Under the pieces are notes generated by a model. It did not search any database and was not told the origin of the DNA. It saw only the letters and a list, made by a program, of their open reading frames with translations. A stretch of DNA of 35,912 nucleotides from a virus. Below are positions 22,534-32,357 of the stretch, piece after piece (the stretch's first letter is position 1; each line of letters opens with the position of its first letter). The translations under genes and the position numbers were made by a program. The stretch covers positions 1 to 35,912 of IMG/VR virus record IMGVR_UViG_3300045988_044516; one strand, given 5' to 3'.

Positions 22534-23225
22534 AGATCAGCATTCGCGGGCCCATCGTGTCCAGCAATCAGCACCGCTTCTATCAGTTTTACGGAATGGA
22601 GGCGACGAGCCCGAGATCCGTAGCGGACGCGCTTGCCAAGGGAAACGGCGAGCGGGCCGAAGTCGAGATCAATTCCGGCGGCGGCGAGATCTTCGCCGCG
22701 AGCGAGATCTATACCGCCCTGCGCAACTACGCGGGCGGCGTCCACATCCGCATCGTCGGCCTCGCGGCCTCGGCCGCGTCCATCATCGCCATGGCGGGAG
22801 AATCAGAAATGACGCCTACCGGCATGATGATGATCCACAACGTCCAGTCCAGCGCCGACGGTGACTACCGCCAGATGGAGCACACCGCCGGTGTCCTGCG
22901 CGACGCCAACCACGCCATTATCTCGGCCTACGTCGCCAAGACCGGCAGGCCGGAGGCGGAGATCGCCGCCATGATGGACGCAGAGACCTGGATCACGGCG
23001 GAGCGGGCCGTAGAGCTCGGACTCGTCGACCGCGTGATGCAGCCGGATACCGGCCAGAAGCCGCTGGCAGCGGATTTTTATTCCGGCATGCTCAGCGAAG
23101 ACGCGCTCCGGCGCGCGGAAAACTTTTTAAAAGGTCAGGCCGCAGAGCCTGATTTTTTTATGCCCGAACGGGCGCAGGCAGAAGCAAAACTGAAATTTTT
23201 AAAACTCAAAGGAGAATTGAAATGA
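22530..23225 (+). CDS. ClpP-like prohead (head maturation) protease
   Basis: Contains EINSGGGEIFAASEIYTALRNY...GLAASAASIIAMAG...MIHN. Confidence 0.9.
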   Translation: MKISIRGPIVSSNQHRFYQFYGMEATSPRSVADALAKGNGERAEVEINSGGGEIFAASEIYTALRNYAGGVHIRIVGLAASAASIIAMAGESEMTPTGMMMIHNVQSSADGDYRQMEHTAGVLRDANHAIISAYVAKTGRPEAEIAAMMDAETWITAERAVELGLVDRVMQPDTGQKPLAADFYSGMLSEDALRRAENFLKGQAAEPDFFMPERAQAEAKLKFLKLKGELK

Positions 23226-24433
23226 CAAAGGAAATTTACAACATCCAGCGCCAGAAGCTCATGGACGACGCCCAGAAGCTGCTGGACGAAAGCAAGACCG
23301 CAGAGGCACAGGCCAAGATGAAAGAAGTCGAGGCCCTCGACGCCAAGTTTGAGGAGGAAGCCAAGATCCAGGCGAACCTCAACGCGCTTGCAGGCCAGAA
23401 GGTTGCGGCACCGGCTTCGGCGGCACAGTCCGTCGACCTGTCCGGCACGGCGAAGACTCCGGACGTGCTCGACCGGTACGACACCGACGAGTACAAGCGG
23501 GCCTTCATGAACTATGTTTTGACCGGCAAGAAGATCCCGGCGGAGCTGACCAATGTGGACGCCAACACCAAGACATCCGACGTCGGCGCAGCCATCCCGA
23601 CCACGACGCTGCAGAAGATCTACGAAAAGATCGAAGCGACCGGCATGATCCTGCCGCGCGTGACGCACACGTCCTACAAGGGCGGCGTGACCGTCCCGAC
23701 CAGCTCGGCCAAGCCGACGGCCTCCTGGGTTGCCGAAGGCGTAGGCTCCGACAAGCAGAAGAAGGCGCTCGGCTCCATCACGTTTGCCTACCACAAGCTG
23801 CGCTGCGCGATCTCCATGTCGCTCGAGGTCTCCATCGTGACCTATCCGATGTTTGAGTCGCAGTTTGTCGCCAACGTGGCCGAGGCCATGGTCAAGGCAG
23901 AGGAACAGGCCATCATCAGCGGTTCTGGCTCCGGCCAGCCGAAGGGCATCACCAAGGAGACCGCCGTGACCGGCCAGAACATCGACATCGCTGCCGCAAC
24001 GACCGCGCTGGCGTACACCGATCTGGTCAAGGCAGAGGCCGCGCTGCCGCAGGCTTACGACGCAGACGCCGTCTGGTGCATGTCGAAGAAGACCTTCTTC
24101 GAGCAGATCGTCGGCATGGTCGACGACAAGAAGCAGCCCGTCGCCCGCGTCAACTATGGACTCAGCGGCAAGCCGGTCTACTCGCTCTTTGGCCGCGAGG
24201 TCGTCCTCGTCGGCGACTATCTGCCGTCCTTCACGGCAAGCGTGACCGCGGACACGATCTTTGCGTTCATTTTCAATTTCAAGGACTACCTCTGGAACGA
24301 AAATCTGGGCATGACCTTCCGCAAGTACACCGACAACGCGACTGACGACGAGGTCACCGTCGCGCTGGCGCTCGTCGACGGTAAGGTCGTCGACAAGAAC
24401 AGCCTCGTCACGCTGACCAAGAAGAAGGCCTGA
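23222..24433 (+). CDS. Major capsid protein (HK97 fold) with N-terminal scaffold-like delta domain
   Basis: 403 aa. A coiled-coil N-terminus (QAKMKEVEALDAKFEEEAKIQ) precedes the capsid body, and the gene directly follows the protease. Confidence 0.9.
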   Translation: MTKEIYNIQRQKLMDDAQKLLDESKTAEAQAKMKEVEALDAKFEEEAKIQANLNALAGQKVAAPASAAQSVDLSGTAKTPDVLDRYDTDEYKRAFMNYVLTGKKIPAELTNVDANTKTSDVGAAIPTTTLQKIYEKIEATGMILPRVTHTSYKGGVTVPTSSAKPTASWVAEGVGSDKQKKALGSITFAYHKLRCAISMSLEVSIVTYPMFESQFVANVAEAMVKAEEQAIISGSGSGQPKGITKETAVTGQNIDIAAATTALAYTDLVKAEAALPQAYDADAVWCMSKKTFFEQIVGMVDDKKQPVARVNYGLSGKPVYSLFGREVVLVGDYLPSFTASVTADTIFAFIFNFKDYLWNENLGMTFRKYTDNATDDEVTVALALVDGKVVDKNSLVTLTKKKA

Positions 24434-24463
24434 CGGCGCGCGGCCAACAGGGAGGGATAACCA

Positions 24464-24760
24464 ATGGCTTTGATCAACGTTGCAAAAACCGCCCTGCGGC
24501 TGACCACAAACGCCCTTGACGACGAGCTCGCCGACGAGATCGACGCCTGCCTCCTGCGCCTGCACCTTGCGGGCGCGGAGGGGGCCGACGAAGACCCGCT
24601 GGTCAAAGACGCCGTCCGAGCCTTCGTCCGCTGGCAGCATGACTTCTGCGGCCGCGGCGACGAATGGAAGACGTGCTTTGAGGAGCTGCGCGACGCGATG
24701 GGCCTGGCAGACGACTATTCGCCGGGCACAGAGGGAGGGGGCGCGTGCTGTGATCTTTGA
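24464..24760 (+). CDS. Head-tail connector protein (gp6-like)
   Basis: Called on size, position and the pattern LDDELADEIDACLLRL. Confidence 0.75.
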   Translation: MALINVAKTALRLTTNALDDELADEIDACLLRLHLAGAEGADEDPLVKDAVRAFVRWQHDFCGRGDEWKTCFEELRDAMGLADDYSPGTEGGGACCDL

Positions 24761-25052
24761 CACCCAGATCACGCTGCGCCTGCTGTCCTACCCCATCGTG
24801 AGCGGGCAGACCACCGAAAAGCTCGAACGCGAGACAACCGTCTGGGCTGCCCGCAAGTCCGTCAACCGCGCCGAGTATTACCAGGCCGCACAGGCCGGCA
24901 AGCGCACCGACGCAATCTTCCGGATGCACAGCGCGGAGTATGGCGGCGAGCAGCAGCTCGTCTGCGGCTCGGACGTCTTCGACGTCGTCCGCAGCTACGG
25001 CGCGGAGACGGAGGAAGTCGAGCTGACCTGCAAACGGAGGGACGGCGCATGA
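24750..25052 (+). CDS. Head closure / head-tail adaptor protein
   Basis: GTG at 24750 lies 8 nt after GGGAGGGGG. Contains TVWAARKSVNRAEYYQAAQAG. Confidence 0.7.
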   Translation: MIFDTQITLRLLSYPIVSGQTTEKLERETTVWAARKSVNRAEYYQAAQAGKRTDAIFRMHSAEYGGEQQLVCGSDVFDVVRSYGAETEEVELTCKRRDGA

Positions 25053-25372
25053 TGATCTATGAGGCGCTGGCAGACCTGGGCGTCCCGGTCTGCCACCCGC
25101 CCTACAAGGGCGCGGAAGAGACCTACATCACCTATCAGCTGCTCGGCCAGTCCGGCCAGATCTACGCCGAGGGCCGCGAGGCAGAGACCGGCGTCCAGTA
25201 CGCCGTTTCCATCTTTGCCGAGGGCTTCGCCGCCAGCCTCCTGCAGCGGGCAAAAGCCGCGCTGGAGGCCGCTGGCTACATCGTGACCGTCGACATGGAG
25301 ACATACGACAAGGAGACCGGCCGAACGCAGATCGCCCTCGTCGCCGAAACGGAGGGCGCAGCCTATGGCTAA
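25049..25372 (+). CDS. Head-tail joining / tail-completion protein (called by position)
   Basis: 107 aa, translationally coupled within the connector cluster. Confidence 0.65.
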   Translation: MMIYEALADLGVPVCHPPYKGAEETYITYQLLGQSGQIYAEGREAETGVQYAVSIFAEGFAASLLQRAKAALEAAGYIVTVDMETYDKETGRTQIALVAETEGAAYG

Positions 25373-25796
25373 CATCTCCATCACCGGCGCCGACGAGCTC
25401 ATGGCCACGCTCCAAAAAGCGAACGTCTTTGACGAAGACATGCAGAAGGAGCTCCTGTACGCCGCCGGGGACATCATCGTCGAAGAGCTGCAAAACGCCG
25501 TCCGGGCGAGCGGGTTTCACACCGAGGCCTACGCAAACAGCGTGAAGTACAAGAAAACCATCAAACGCGACAAAAACGGAGACCCGTACATCTCCATCAC
25601 GGCAGTCGGAAAAAACGAGCACGGAACGCGCAGGGCGACCGTGCTTTTCGTTTTGAATTACGGCCGCGCGAAGGAGTACGGGCAGATCACCGGTACATAT
25701 TTCTGGACCAAGGGCGTCCGCACCGCGCAGAAGCGCGTGAGCGAAACGCTCGAGCGGATCCTCACACAAAAGCTAAAAGAAAGGGGACTTTTATAA
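25365..25796 (+). CDS. HK97 gp10-like tail component
   Basis: 143 aa, positioned just before the major tail protein. Confidence 0.7.
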   Translation: MANISITGADELMATLQKANVFDEDMQKELLYAAGDIIVEELQNAVRASGFHTEAYANSVKYKKTIKRDKNGDPYISITAVGKNEHGTRRATVLFVLNYGRAKEYGQITGTYFWTKGVRTAQKRVSETLERILTQKLKERGLL

Positions 25797-26362
25797 TGCC
25801 TCAGTTTGACCTGCGCGGTATGAAAGTCGGCAAGTACAAGAATACCAACGGCGTGATCTCGTTTGAGACGCCGATCGCGCTCGGCGACGCCATGAACGTC
25901 AACCTCGACCTGCGCTTTGCAGAGGGGCGGCTGTATGCCGAGTCTGTGCTGGCAGAGTACGTCCGTGAGCCGACGGGCGGCACGATCTCGGTCGGCACGA
26001 AGTACATCAAGAAGGAAGCGGAGGTGCTCCTGTTCGGTTGCACCGCCGAGACAGACACGGACGAAGTGACCTACAGCGGAAAGGACAACGCCAACTATGT
26101 CGGTTTCGGGGCCTACGCGCCCGACAAGATCGACGGCGTGACGAAGTTCACGGCCTTCTTCGTCCACAAGACCATGTTTGGCCCTCCGGGCTACAGCCTC
26201 CAGACAAAGGGCGAAAACATCCAGTTTTCCACGCCGACGACCTCGGGTGAGTTCCTGCCTGACGACTCGGCAGACAAGAAGATGCTGTCCCGCGCGACGC
26301 TTGCGACCGAGGCCGCGGCGATTGCCTGGATCAATACGAAATTCGGGGTGACGGGCGGATGA
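25796..26362 (+). CDS. Major tail protein
   Basis: 188 aa, immediately upstream of the chaperone/frameshift pair and the tape measure. Confidence 0.85.
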   Translation: MPQFDLRGMKVGKYKNTNGVISFETPIALGDAMNVNLDLRFAEGRLYAESVLAEYVREPTGGTISVGTKYIKKEAEVLLFGCTAETDTDEVTYSGKDNANYVGFGAYAPDKIDGVTKFTAFFVHKTMFGPPGYSLQTKGENIQFSTPTTSGEFLPDDSADKKMLSRATLATEAAAIAWINTKFGVTGG

Positions 26363-26718
26363 TGGACGTGCGGCAGAAAACGGCGGAATTCGCCTATGAT
26401 GGTCGGATCTACAACCTGACCTGCAACATGAATGTCTTCGCCGACGTGCAGTGTGAATTTGACGGCGATCTGAAGCAGGCGCTGCGGAGCGTGATGCAGT
26501 TCAAAACGACGATGGTCTTCCTCGCGGCCATGCTCAACGATGCGGCAGAGACCCAGAACCTGCGCGGCGAGGACGGCAAGCTCCTGCGCGTGACCGCGCG
26601 GGAGCTTGGGAAGAGGCTGACGCTGGAGCAGACGACGGAGGCGACGCGGGCCATCATCCCGCTGATCGCCGCAGCCATGCCGGAGGCGGACAAAGACGAC
26701 AAGACACAAAAAAACTGA
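26359..26718 (+). CDS. Tail assembly chaperone (gpG-like)
   Basis: Position upstream of the tape measure. It ends at a slippery heptamer. Confidence 0.85.
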   Translation: MMDVRQKTAEFAYDGRIYNLTCNMNVFADVQCEFDGDLKQALRSVMQFKTTMVFLAAMLNDAAETQNLRGEDGKLLRVTARELGKRLTLEQTTEATRAIIPLIAAAMPEADKDDKTQKN

Positions 26719-26930
26719 CGGAGCCGGGGGAGCCAGAGACGGAAAGCGGCTTTGACTTCCCCGGCTTTCTGGCGCTCTGGCTGTACAAGCTGCACATGCC
26801 GGAGCAGGATTTCTGGAAGACGATGACGCCGCGCCGCCTGCTTGCGACGCTGCGCCCGCCGGAGCGGGAGCTGCAGCAGCCGGAGCGGCGGCAGGCGGTA
26901 TCGCTGTCCGCGTATTTGGGAGGCGCATGA
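26359..26930 (+). CDS. Tail assembly chaperone, -1 frameshift product (gpGT-like)
   Basis: After A-AAA-AAC (26709-26715) the -1 frame stays open for 71 codons (LTEPGEPETESGFDFPGFLALWLYKLHMPEQDFWKTMTPRRLLATL...) to TGA 26928-30, just before the tape-measure ATG. Confidence 0.7.
26709..26715 (+). promoter_or_regulatory. Programmed -1 ribosomal frameshift slippery heptamer A-AAA-AAC
   Basis: The zero-frame codons are caA AAA AAC TGA. Confidence 0.7.
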
Positions 26931-26931
26931 C

Positions 26932-28875
26932 ATGCCGAATATCAATACAAGATTTACGCTTGCGGGCGAAAAGGAGTACAAGGCAGCGATCTCCCAAATC
27001 GGCGAGGGCATGCGCGTGCTCAACTCCGAGATGCGCAAGGTGGAGAGCGAATACGCCAAAAACTCAGACAGCGTCGAGGCCCTGACAAAGGTCAACGATG
27101 TGCTCGAGCGCAAAATATACTCGCAGGTCGAAAAAATCGAGTATCTGCGCGCTGCCCTGCAGCAGTCTGCTGAAAAATACAAAGAGGCCGACAAGCGCAC
27201 CATGGCCTGGCAGACCAGCCTCAACAACGCCGAGGCCGAGCTGAACCGGCTCAACGAGCAGGTCGCGGAGAATAACAGGAAGATCAAGGAGTCGAGCGAC
27301 ACCTACGCGGAATCAAACAAGCGCATTGCCGCGGAAATGAAAGTGCTGGATGCGCAGATGAACCTGTTAAATACAGAGTATGCGGAGAATGCGGACAGCA
27401 CGGATGCGCTGGTGGAGAAAAACAACGTCCTAAACCAGAAGATACTTACACAAATCAGCAAAATCGAGCTCCTGAGTGAAAAACTGCAGGAATCCGCGAA
27501 GCAGTACGGCGACGCGGATGCGCGCACAAAGGAGTGGGAGGCGCAGCTGTATGACGCCGAGGCCACGCTGAATAAGCTCAACAGCGAGCTCGATGAGAAC
27601 ACCGGGAAGATCGAGGAGAACGGCGAAGCGGTCGAAGACACGGAGGAAGGCCATGTAAAGCTGGGCGACGCGATCAACATGGTCGCCGGGAAGCTTGGCA
27701 TCAACCTGCCGGAGGGTGCGGATAAAGCGCTGGAGGCGCTGAACGGCATCGACGCCGGGACGGTCGCATCCGTCGGCGTTTTTGCAGCACTGGCCGCCGG
27801 AGTCGTAAAGGTCGAAAAGGAACTCGCCAATATGACCAAAGAGGCGGCGGAGGATGCAAAAGAAATCAAGACATTCGCGAGCATCACCGGCCAGTCGGCA
27901 CAGGATGTGCAGAAGATGGAGTACGCCGCCGGGAAGCTCGGCGTATCGTATGACCGCGTCCGGGACTCGCTGAAAGAAGTCACCAACCAAATGCAGGAGG
28001 CGCAGAACGGCTCGGAGGATACGGCGAAAGCGTTTGACACGCTGGACGTGAAGATCGAGGACGGGAGCGGCCACCTGCGGAATGCAAATGACGTCTTTTT
28101 GGATATCATCGACTCGCTCGGCAACATTGAGAATCAGTCTGAGCGGGACGCGCTGGCGATGGATCTCATGTCCGAGTCCGCCCAGGAGCTGAACCCCATC
28201 ATCGACGCTGGCAGCGAGACGCTGCGCGGTTACATGCAGGCGGCGGAGGACATGGGCGTCGCGCTGGAAGACGATGAGCTCGGCGCGCTCGTAAAGGTAA
28301 AAGACGCTTTTTACGATCTGGAGGCGCAGCAGAAAGCGACGAAGAACCAGATCGCCGTGGAGTTTGCGCCGTACCTTGCATCGTTTTACGAGGATGTGAC
28401 GGGCGGCATCGGAGAGCTCGGGGATATGATGGAGGAATCCGGGATCGTGCAGGCGTTCGGCTCCATTCTGGAGACGGTCGGCGAGCTGCTGAACCCGTCG
28501 GAAGAGCTGGCGGACAACATCATCCCGGACCTTACGCTTGCGCTCCGCCCGCTGGCGCTGGTGCTGTCGATCGTGGCGGACTATATCCAGATCATCAACA
28601 GCGCGATCAAGGGTCTCAACTCCGGCGACTGGAGCAAGTTTAAAGACGCGGTCAACTTTAACCACACGGACGACCTGCTCAACAAGTGGGACACGCAGGA
28701 CTCGCGGACGACCAGCAGCGCCTCCAGCGGGCGCAGCGGCTTCGGGGGCGGCGTGGCCACGCAGAGCGTGGTCAACAACTACTACGAGGTCAGCGGCGCG
28801 AACGTCCGGGCCGTCAACCAGATCGCCGACGCCGCCGAAAGCTCCCGACAGCAAAACCGCAAATTTGGAGGGTAA
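26932..28875 (+). CDS. Tape measure protein
   Basis: 647 aa, a long coiled-coil protein after the chaperone pair. ATG at 26932 follows GGGAGG. Confidence 0.95.
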   Translation: MPNINTRFTLAGEKEYKAAISQIGEGMRVLNSEMRKVESEYAKNSDSVEALTKVNDVLERKIYSQVEKIEYLRAALQQSAEKYKEADKRTMAWQTSLNNAEAELNRLNEQVAENNRKIKESSDTYAESNKRIAAEMKVLDAQMNLLNTEYAENADSTDALVEKNNVLNQKILTQISKIELLSEKLQESAKQYGDADARTKEWEAQLYDAEATLNKLNSELDENTGKIEENGEAVEDTEEGHVKLGDAINMVAGKLGINLPEGADKALEALNGIDAGTVASVGVFAALAAGVVKVEKELANMTKEAAEDAKEIKTFASITGQSAQDVQKMEYAAGKLGVSYDRVRDSLKEVTNQMQEAQNGSEDTAKAFDTLDVKIEDGSGHLRNANDVFLDIIDSLGNIENQSERDALAMDLMSESAQELNPIIDAGSETLRGYMQAAEDMGVALEDDELGALVKVKDAFYDLEAQQKATKNQIAVEFAPYLASFYEDVTGGIGELGDMMEESGIVQAFGSILETVGELLNPSEELADNIIPDLTLALRPLALVLSIVADYIQIINSAIKGLNSGDWSKFKDAVNFNHTDDLLNKWDTQDSRTTSSASSGRSGFGGGVATQSVVNNYYEVSGANVRAVNQIADAAESSRQQNRKFGG

Positions 28876-28878
28876 AGC

Positions 28879-31032
28879 ATGGCGCTATACGTAAATTCGC
28901 GGCTCGTGACACTGAACAATGCGCTTTTTGTGGATGTCGATGAGCAGTATCCGGACTCCCGGAGCACACCGGCAGGGCCTACGGGCGGCTCGCTGATGCT
29001 GAGCAAAAAATGGACGCTGCTGCAGGGAACACTGCGCGAGGGCGCGGCAGTGGCGATCCTTGTAAAGTGGGACAGGAGCAGCGGACTTGACCAGCAATTT
29101 GACAAGAAAAACGTGCAGTATCTGTCGGATGAGGGCTGCTCGCTGGTTTTTACGCCGGGAACGATCTCGGACGGCTGCACGTCGGCCTACATCGCGGTGC
29201 AGACCGCAGCCGCAGCATTTGACCCGTCGACGGTGACGTGGAACACGAAGCCGAACATGGCAACGGTCGACCAGCGCTGGGCATCGACGATGCTGCCGGG
29301 GACGGAGGTCAGCTGCCGCCCGCAGGGCTGGGCAGACCTCGGCGCGACGGAAAGCTTAAAACAGGCAATCAACAACGGCCTCGGCTTTATCATCATGGCA
29401 AACGACGCGCGCCCGAAGGACAGCACGGCGACGCTTTTTGAGACGTACATCAGTCTGCTTTTAAACAGCATCAAGCTGACCGTCCGCGTGGCAGATATCC
29501 GGCTAGACCCGGAAAACCTGTCCCCGGCGTCCGGCGCGTATGTCGCGCCGGACGCGGCGGTGACGCTTTCGTGGACGGTGCCGGAGCCGGAGTATTATTT
29601 TAACACCGCACCGGTACAAGCGTCCTTTGCCGTGCAGTATTACACGGTCAAGGGCGGCATGGCGTCCGCTACAAAGACGATCACGGGCACGACGGAGAAG
29701 ACGGCGACGATCCCGTCCGTCGATATGACGGGCGTGGAGAGCCTCAGGTGGCGCGTGAAGATCACGTCGGACGACGGCATCGAGGGCGAATGGACGCAGT
29801 GGCAGCAGTGCACCTGCGTCAACCAGTCCGGCAAGGCGACGGCGCTGAGCCCGGACGGCGCGAACATCACGGAGGGCGAGACCGTCGTCTTCCTCTGGGA
29901 ACACAGCTCCGTTTCTGGCCGGCCGCAGGCAGGAGTTCAAATTCAGATGAAGCCCGCAGGCGCGGCGGATTACACGGACGTCTATACCGGCTCGACCACG
30001 GCGAGGCGGGCGGCGGTGACGCTGCCTGCGAGCGTGACGGGCACGGCCGGGCAGGCGGCGTGGCGCGTGCGGACGCGGGACGATCTCGGAACATGGTCGC
30101 AGTGGTCGGATCCGCTGTACGTGTATATCGTGGCGGCGGCGGCCGCGCCAGTCGTGTCGTCGGTCAGCGCGGGGACGGCGCGGCCCGTCGTGGCGTGGCA
30201 GAGCGCAAACCAGACGGGCTACCGCGTGCGCGTGCGAGACGCGGCGGGAAACACGGTCTACGACTCGGGCGTCCTGCCCGGCTCCGGGCAGAGCCACAAG
30301 GTGGCGGACTATCTGCCGGACGGCGATTATATCGCCGCCGTGACGATCTGGAACCAGTACGCCATCGAGAGCGCGGAGGGCACGAAGAGTTTTACCGTTG
30401 CGGCCCCGGCGCTGGCGGCTGCGCAGATCTGCGCGGGCGCCGTGCGCGGCGGCGTGCGGGTGCGCGTGACCTACTGCCCGGCGGCGGAGCGGGTGCTGCT
30501 GCTGCGGGACGGCGTGGCCGTCCTCGCGGCGCTGCCGACGGACGCGATCCTCTACGACTGGGGCGCGGGCGCGGGCACGCACGAATACCGGCTGCGGGCA
30601 GAGACGGAGGAGAGCTTTTCCGAGAGCGAGACCGTCTGGGCGGCTCCGGCGCTGGAATGCGGCTATCTCGCCCCGGCAAAGTCGCCCGGCGAGTGGCTCG
30701 AGCTGCGCGTCAACCGCGACACGCCGCCGACGCACGCCGACGATCTGGCTATGGAGGTGACGCAGCGCCTGTTTGACGGGCGCGAGCTGCCCGTGACGGA
30801 GTTTACAGGCCGCCGCGAGCACAAGCACCGCCACACGTTTGCCATGCCGGAAAACGGCGGCATCCTGCAGCTGGTCCGGATGATCCAGGCGCAGCAGACG
30901 CTTTTGTACCGCGACCAGTTCGGACGGCGGTATTTCTGCTCGTGCAGCACATTGCCGGTCAGCTACGACCGGTTCTCGGCGAGCTTTACGCTGGAGCTCG
31001 ACGAGGTGGACTATCAGGAGGCGCTGGTATGA
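28879..31032 (+). CDS. Enlarged distal-tail-protein-like tail protein with N-terminal carbohydrate-binding-like domain and FN3-like repeats
   Basis: 717 aa, following the tape measure. The N-terminus contains FDPSTVTWNTKPN (DNRLRE-like). Repeated units resemble LSWTVPEP, VVFLWEHSS and VVAWQSANQTGYRVRV. The C-terminal ~150 aa resembles siphovirus tail-family proteins. Confidence 0.75.
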   Translation: MALYVNSRLVTLNNALFVDVDEQYPDSRSTPAGPTGGSLMLSKKWTLLQGTLREGAAVAILVKWDRSSGLDQQFDKKNVQYLSDEGCSLVFTPGTISDGCTSAYIAVQTAAAAFDPSTVTWNTKPNMATVDQRWASTMLPGTEVSCRPQGWADLGATESLKQAINNGLGFIIMANDARPKDSTATLFETYISLLLNSIKLTVRVADIRLDPENLSPASGAYVAPDAAVTLSWTVPEPEYYFNTAPVQASFAVQYYTVKGGMASATKTITGTTEKTATIPSVDMTGVESLRWRVKITSDDGIEGEWTQWQQCTCVNQSGKATALSPDGANITEGETVVFLWEHSSVSGRPQAGVQIQMKPAGAADYTDVYTGSTTARRAAVTLPASVTGTAGQAAWRVRTRDDLGTWSQWSDPLYVYIVAAAAAPVVSSVSAGTARPVVAWQSANQTGYRVRVRDAAGNTVYDSGVLPGSGQSHKVADYLPDGDYIAAVTIWNQYAIESAEGTKSFTVAAPALAAAQICAGAVRGGVRVRVTYCPAAERVLLLRDGVAVLAALPTDAILYDWGAGAGTHEYRLRAETEESFSESETVWAAPALECGYLAPAKSPGEWLELRVNRDTPPTHADDLAMEVTQRLFDGRELPVTEFTGRREHKHRHTFAMPENGGILQLVRMIQAQQTLLYRDQFGRRYFCSCSTLPVSYDRFSASFTLELDEVDYQEALV

Positions 31033-32132
31033 TCGATCTTGCAACAGGCAATTACACCGCAGAGGCCGTGCAGCGCGCGCTGCACGCGGCCCTCGGCACG
31101 CGGCGGATCTGGTATCGCTACGAGCGCCTCAACCAGTACAAAATACCGATCGCCCCGATGAGCGGGGAGGAAGGCTCCATCGATCTTGCGTACAACGCGC
31201 AGATCATGCGCACGGGCCGCTTCGTCTTCCCGGACGACGACACCGTCAACTGGCAGGGCGAGCTGCTGCGCCCGTGGTTCTGCCTCGCCATGCCGGACGG
31301 CGGCACGGCGGAGTGGCCGCTCGGCGTATTTTACATGCCGACGGTGACAAAGACCGGCAGCCGCCACGTGTACCGCGAGGTCGAGGCCTACGACACCACG
31401 ACGATCCTCTGGGACGACCAGGTGACGGACCGCTACCGCGTGCCGCGCGGGTCCAAGTACACGGCGGCGCTGAGCGCGATCTTTGCAAGCGTGGGCGTAT
31501 TCGACGCGATCATCGAGCCGTCCGAGTCTGTGACGCAGACGGCGCTCGAGTGGGAGGCCGGGACGGCCAAGGGCGAGATCGTGCAGCAGCTTCTGACGGC
31601 GGACAACTACGAGCCGCTGATGGCGGACGCATGGGGCCGCTGGATGTGCCGCAAGTACAAGGACCCGCGCGCCCGGCGCGCGGAATACAGCTACACGGCG
31701 GACGCGCTGAGCGTGATGCTGCCGGGGCAGACGGTCGACGACGATCTGTTCCGGCTGCCGAACGTTTTTGTCGGCGTGGTCTCGCGGCCGGACCGGCCCG
31801 CGATGAGCTTTGCGTATGAGATCACGGACCCCAAAAGCCCGCTGGCGGCAGTCAACCGCGGCGGGCGGCACGTGACGGAAACAAAGATCTACGAGGACGC
31901 GGCCTCGGCGCTCGCGCTGGAGGCCGATGTGCGCCGCCGCGCGAGCCGGGCGTCGAGTTATTTTTCCGGCCTCAAATTCTCGACCGCGCCCATGCCGCAC
32001 CACGCGGCGGGCGACGTGCTGTGGATCGAGGACGGCGGCGTGCGGGGCAAGTATCAGGAGACGCGCTGGTCGCTCGACCTGCGGGCGGGCGGCGAGATGA
32101 CGCATGAGGCGCAGAAGGAGGGCATTTTATGA
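31029..32132 (+). CDS. Tail-associated (Tal/baseplate hub-like) protein
   Basis: 367 aa. Its ATG overlaps the previous stop, and it occupies the position after Dit. Confidence 0.7.
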   Translation: MIDLATGNYTAEAVQRALHAALGTRRIWYRYERLNQYKIPIAPMSGEEGSIDLAYNAQIMRTGRFVFPDDDTVNWQGELLRPWFCLAMPDGGTAEWPLGVFYMPTVTKTGSRHVYREVEAYDTTTILWDDQVTDRYRVPRGSKYTAALSAIFASVGVFDAIIEPSESVTQTALEWEAGTAKGEIVQQLLTADNYEPLMADAWGRWMCRKYKDPRARRAEYSYTADALSVMLPGQTVDDDLFRLPNVFVGVVSRPDRPAMSFAYEITDPKSPLAAVNRGGRHVTETKIYEDAASALALEADVRRRASRASSYFSGLKFSTAPMPHHAAGDVLWIEDGGVRGKYQETRWSLDLRAGGEMTHEAQKEGIL

Positions 32133-32356
32133 TCCCACAGAATTTATTCCAGAAGGAAAAACAGGAGCCGGTGAGGGCGCAGCTGGCGACCGTGACGCAG
32201 GTCACGGAGGACGGCGTGATGCTGCTTATCGACGGAGAGAATGACGCGGGGCAGACCGCGTGCCGGTATCTTTCCAGCTACAGCCCGAAGCCGGGCGATA
32301 GGGTCTATTTTCAGCGCGTCGGCGGGGCGATGCTGGTGATGGGGAGCGTGATTTGA
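32129..32356 (+). CDS. Small tail/baseplate protein (75 aa)
   Basis: Translationally coupled. It shows an OB-like pattern, ATVTQVTEDGVMLLIDGE...PGDRVYFQRVGGAMLVMG. Confidence 0.65.
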   Translation: MIPQNLFQKEKQEPVRAQLATVTQVTEDGVMLLIDGENDAGQTACRYLSSYSPKPGDRVYFQRVGGAMLVMGSVI

Positions 32357-32357
32357 G

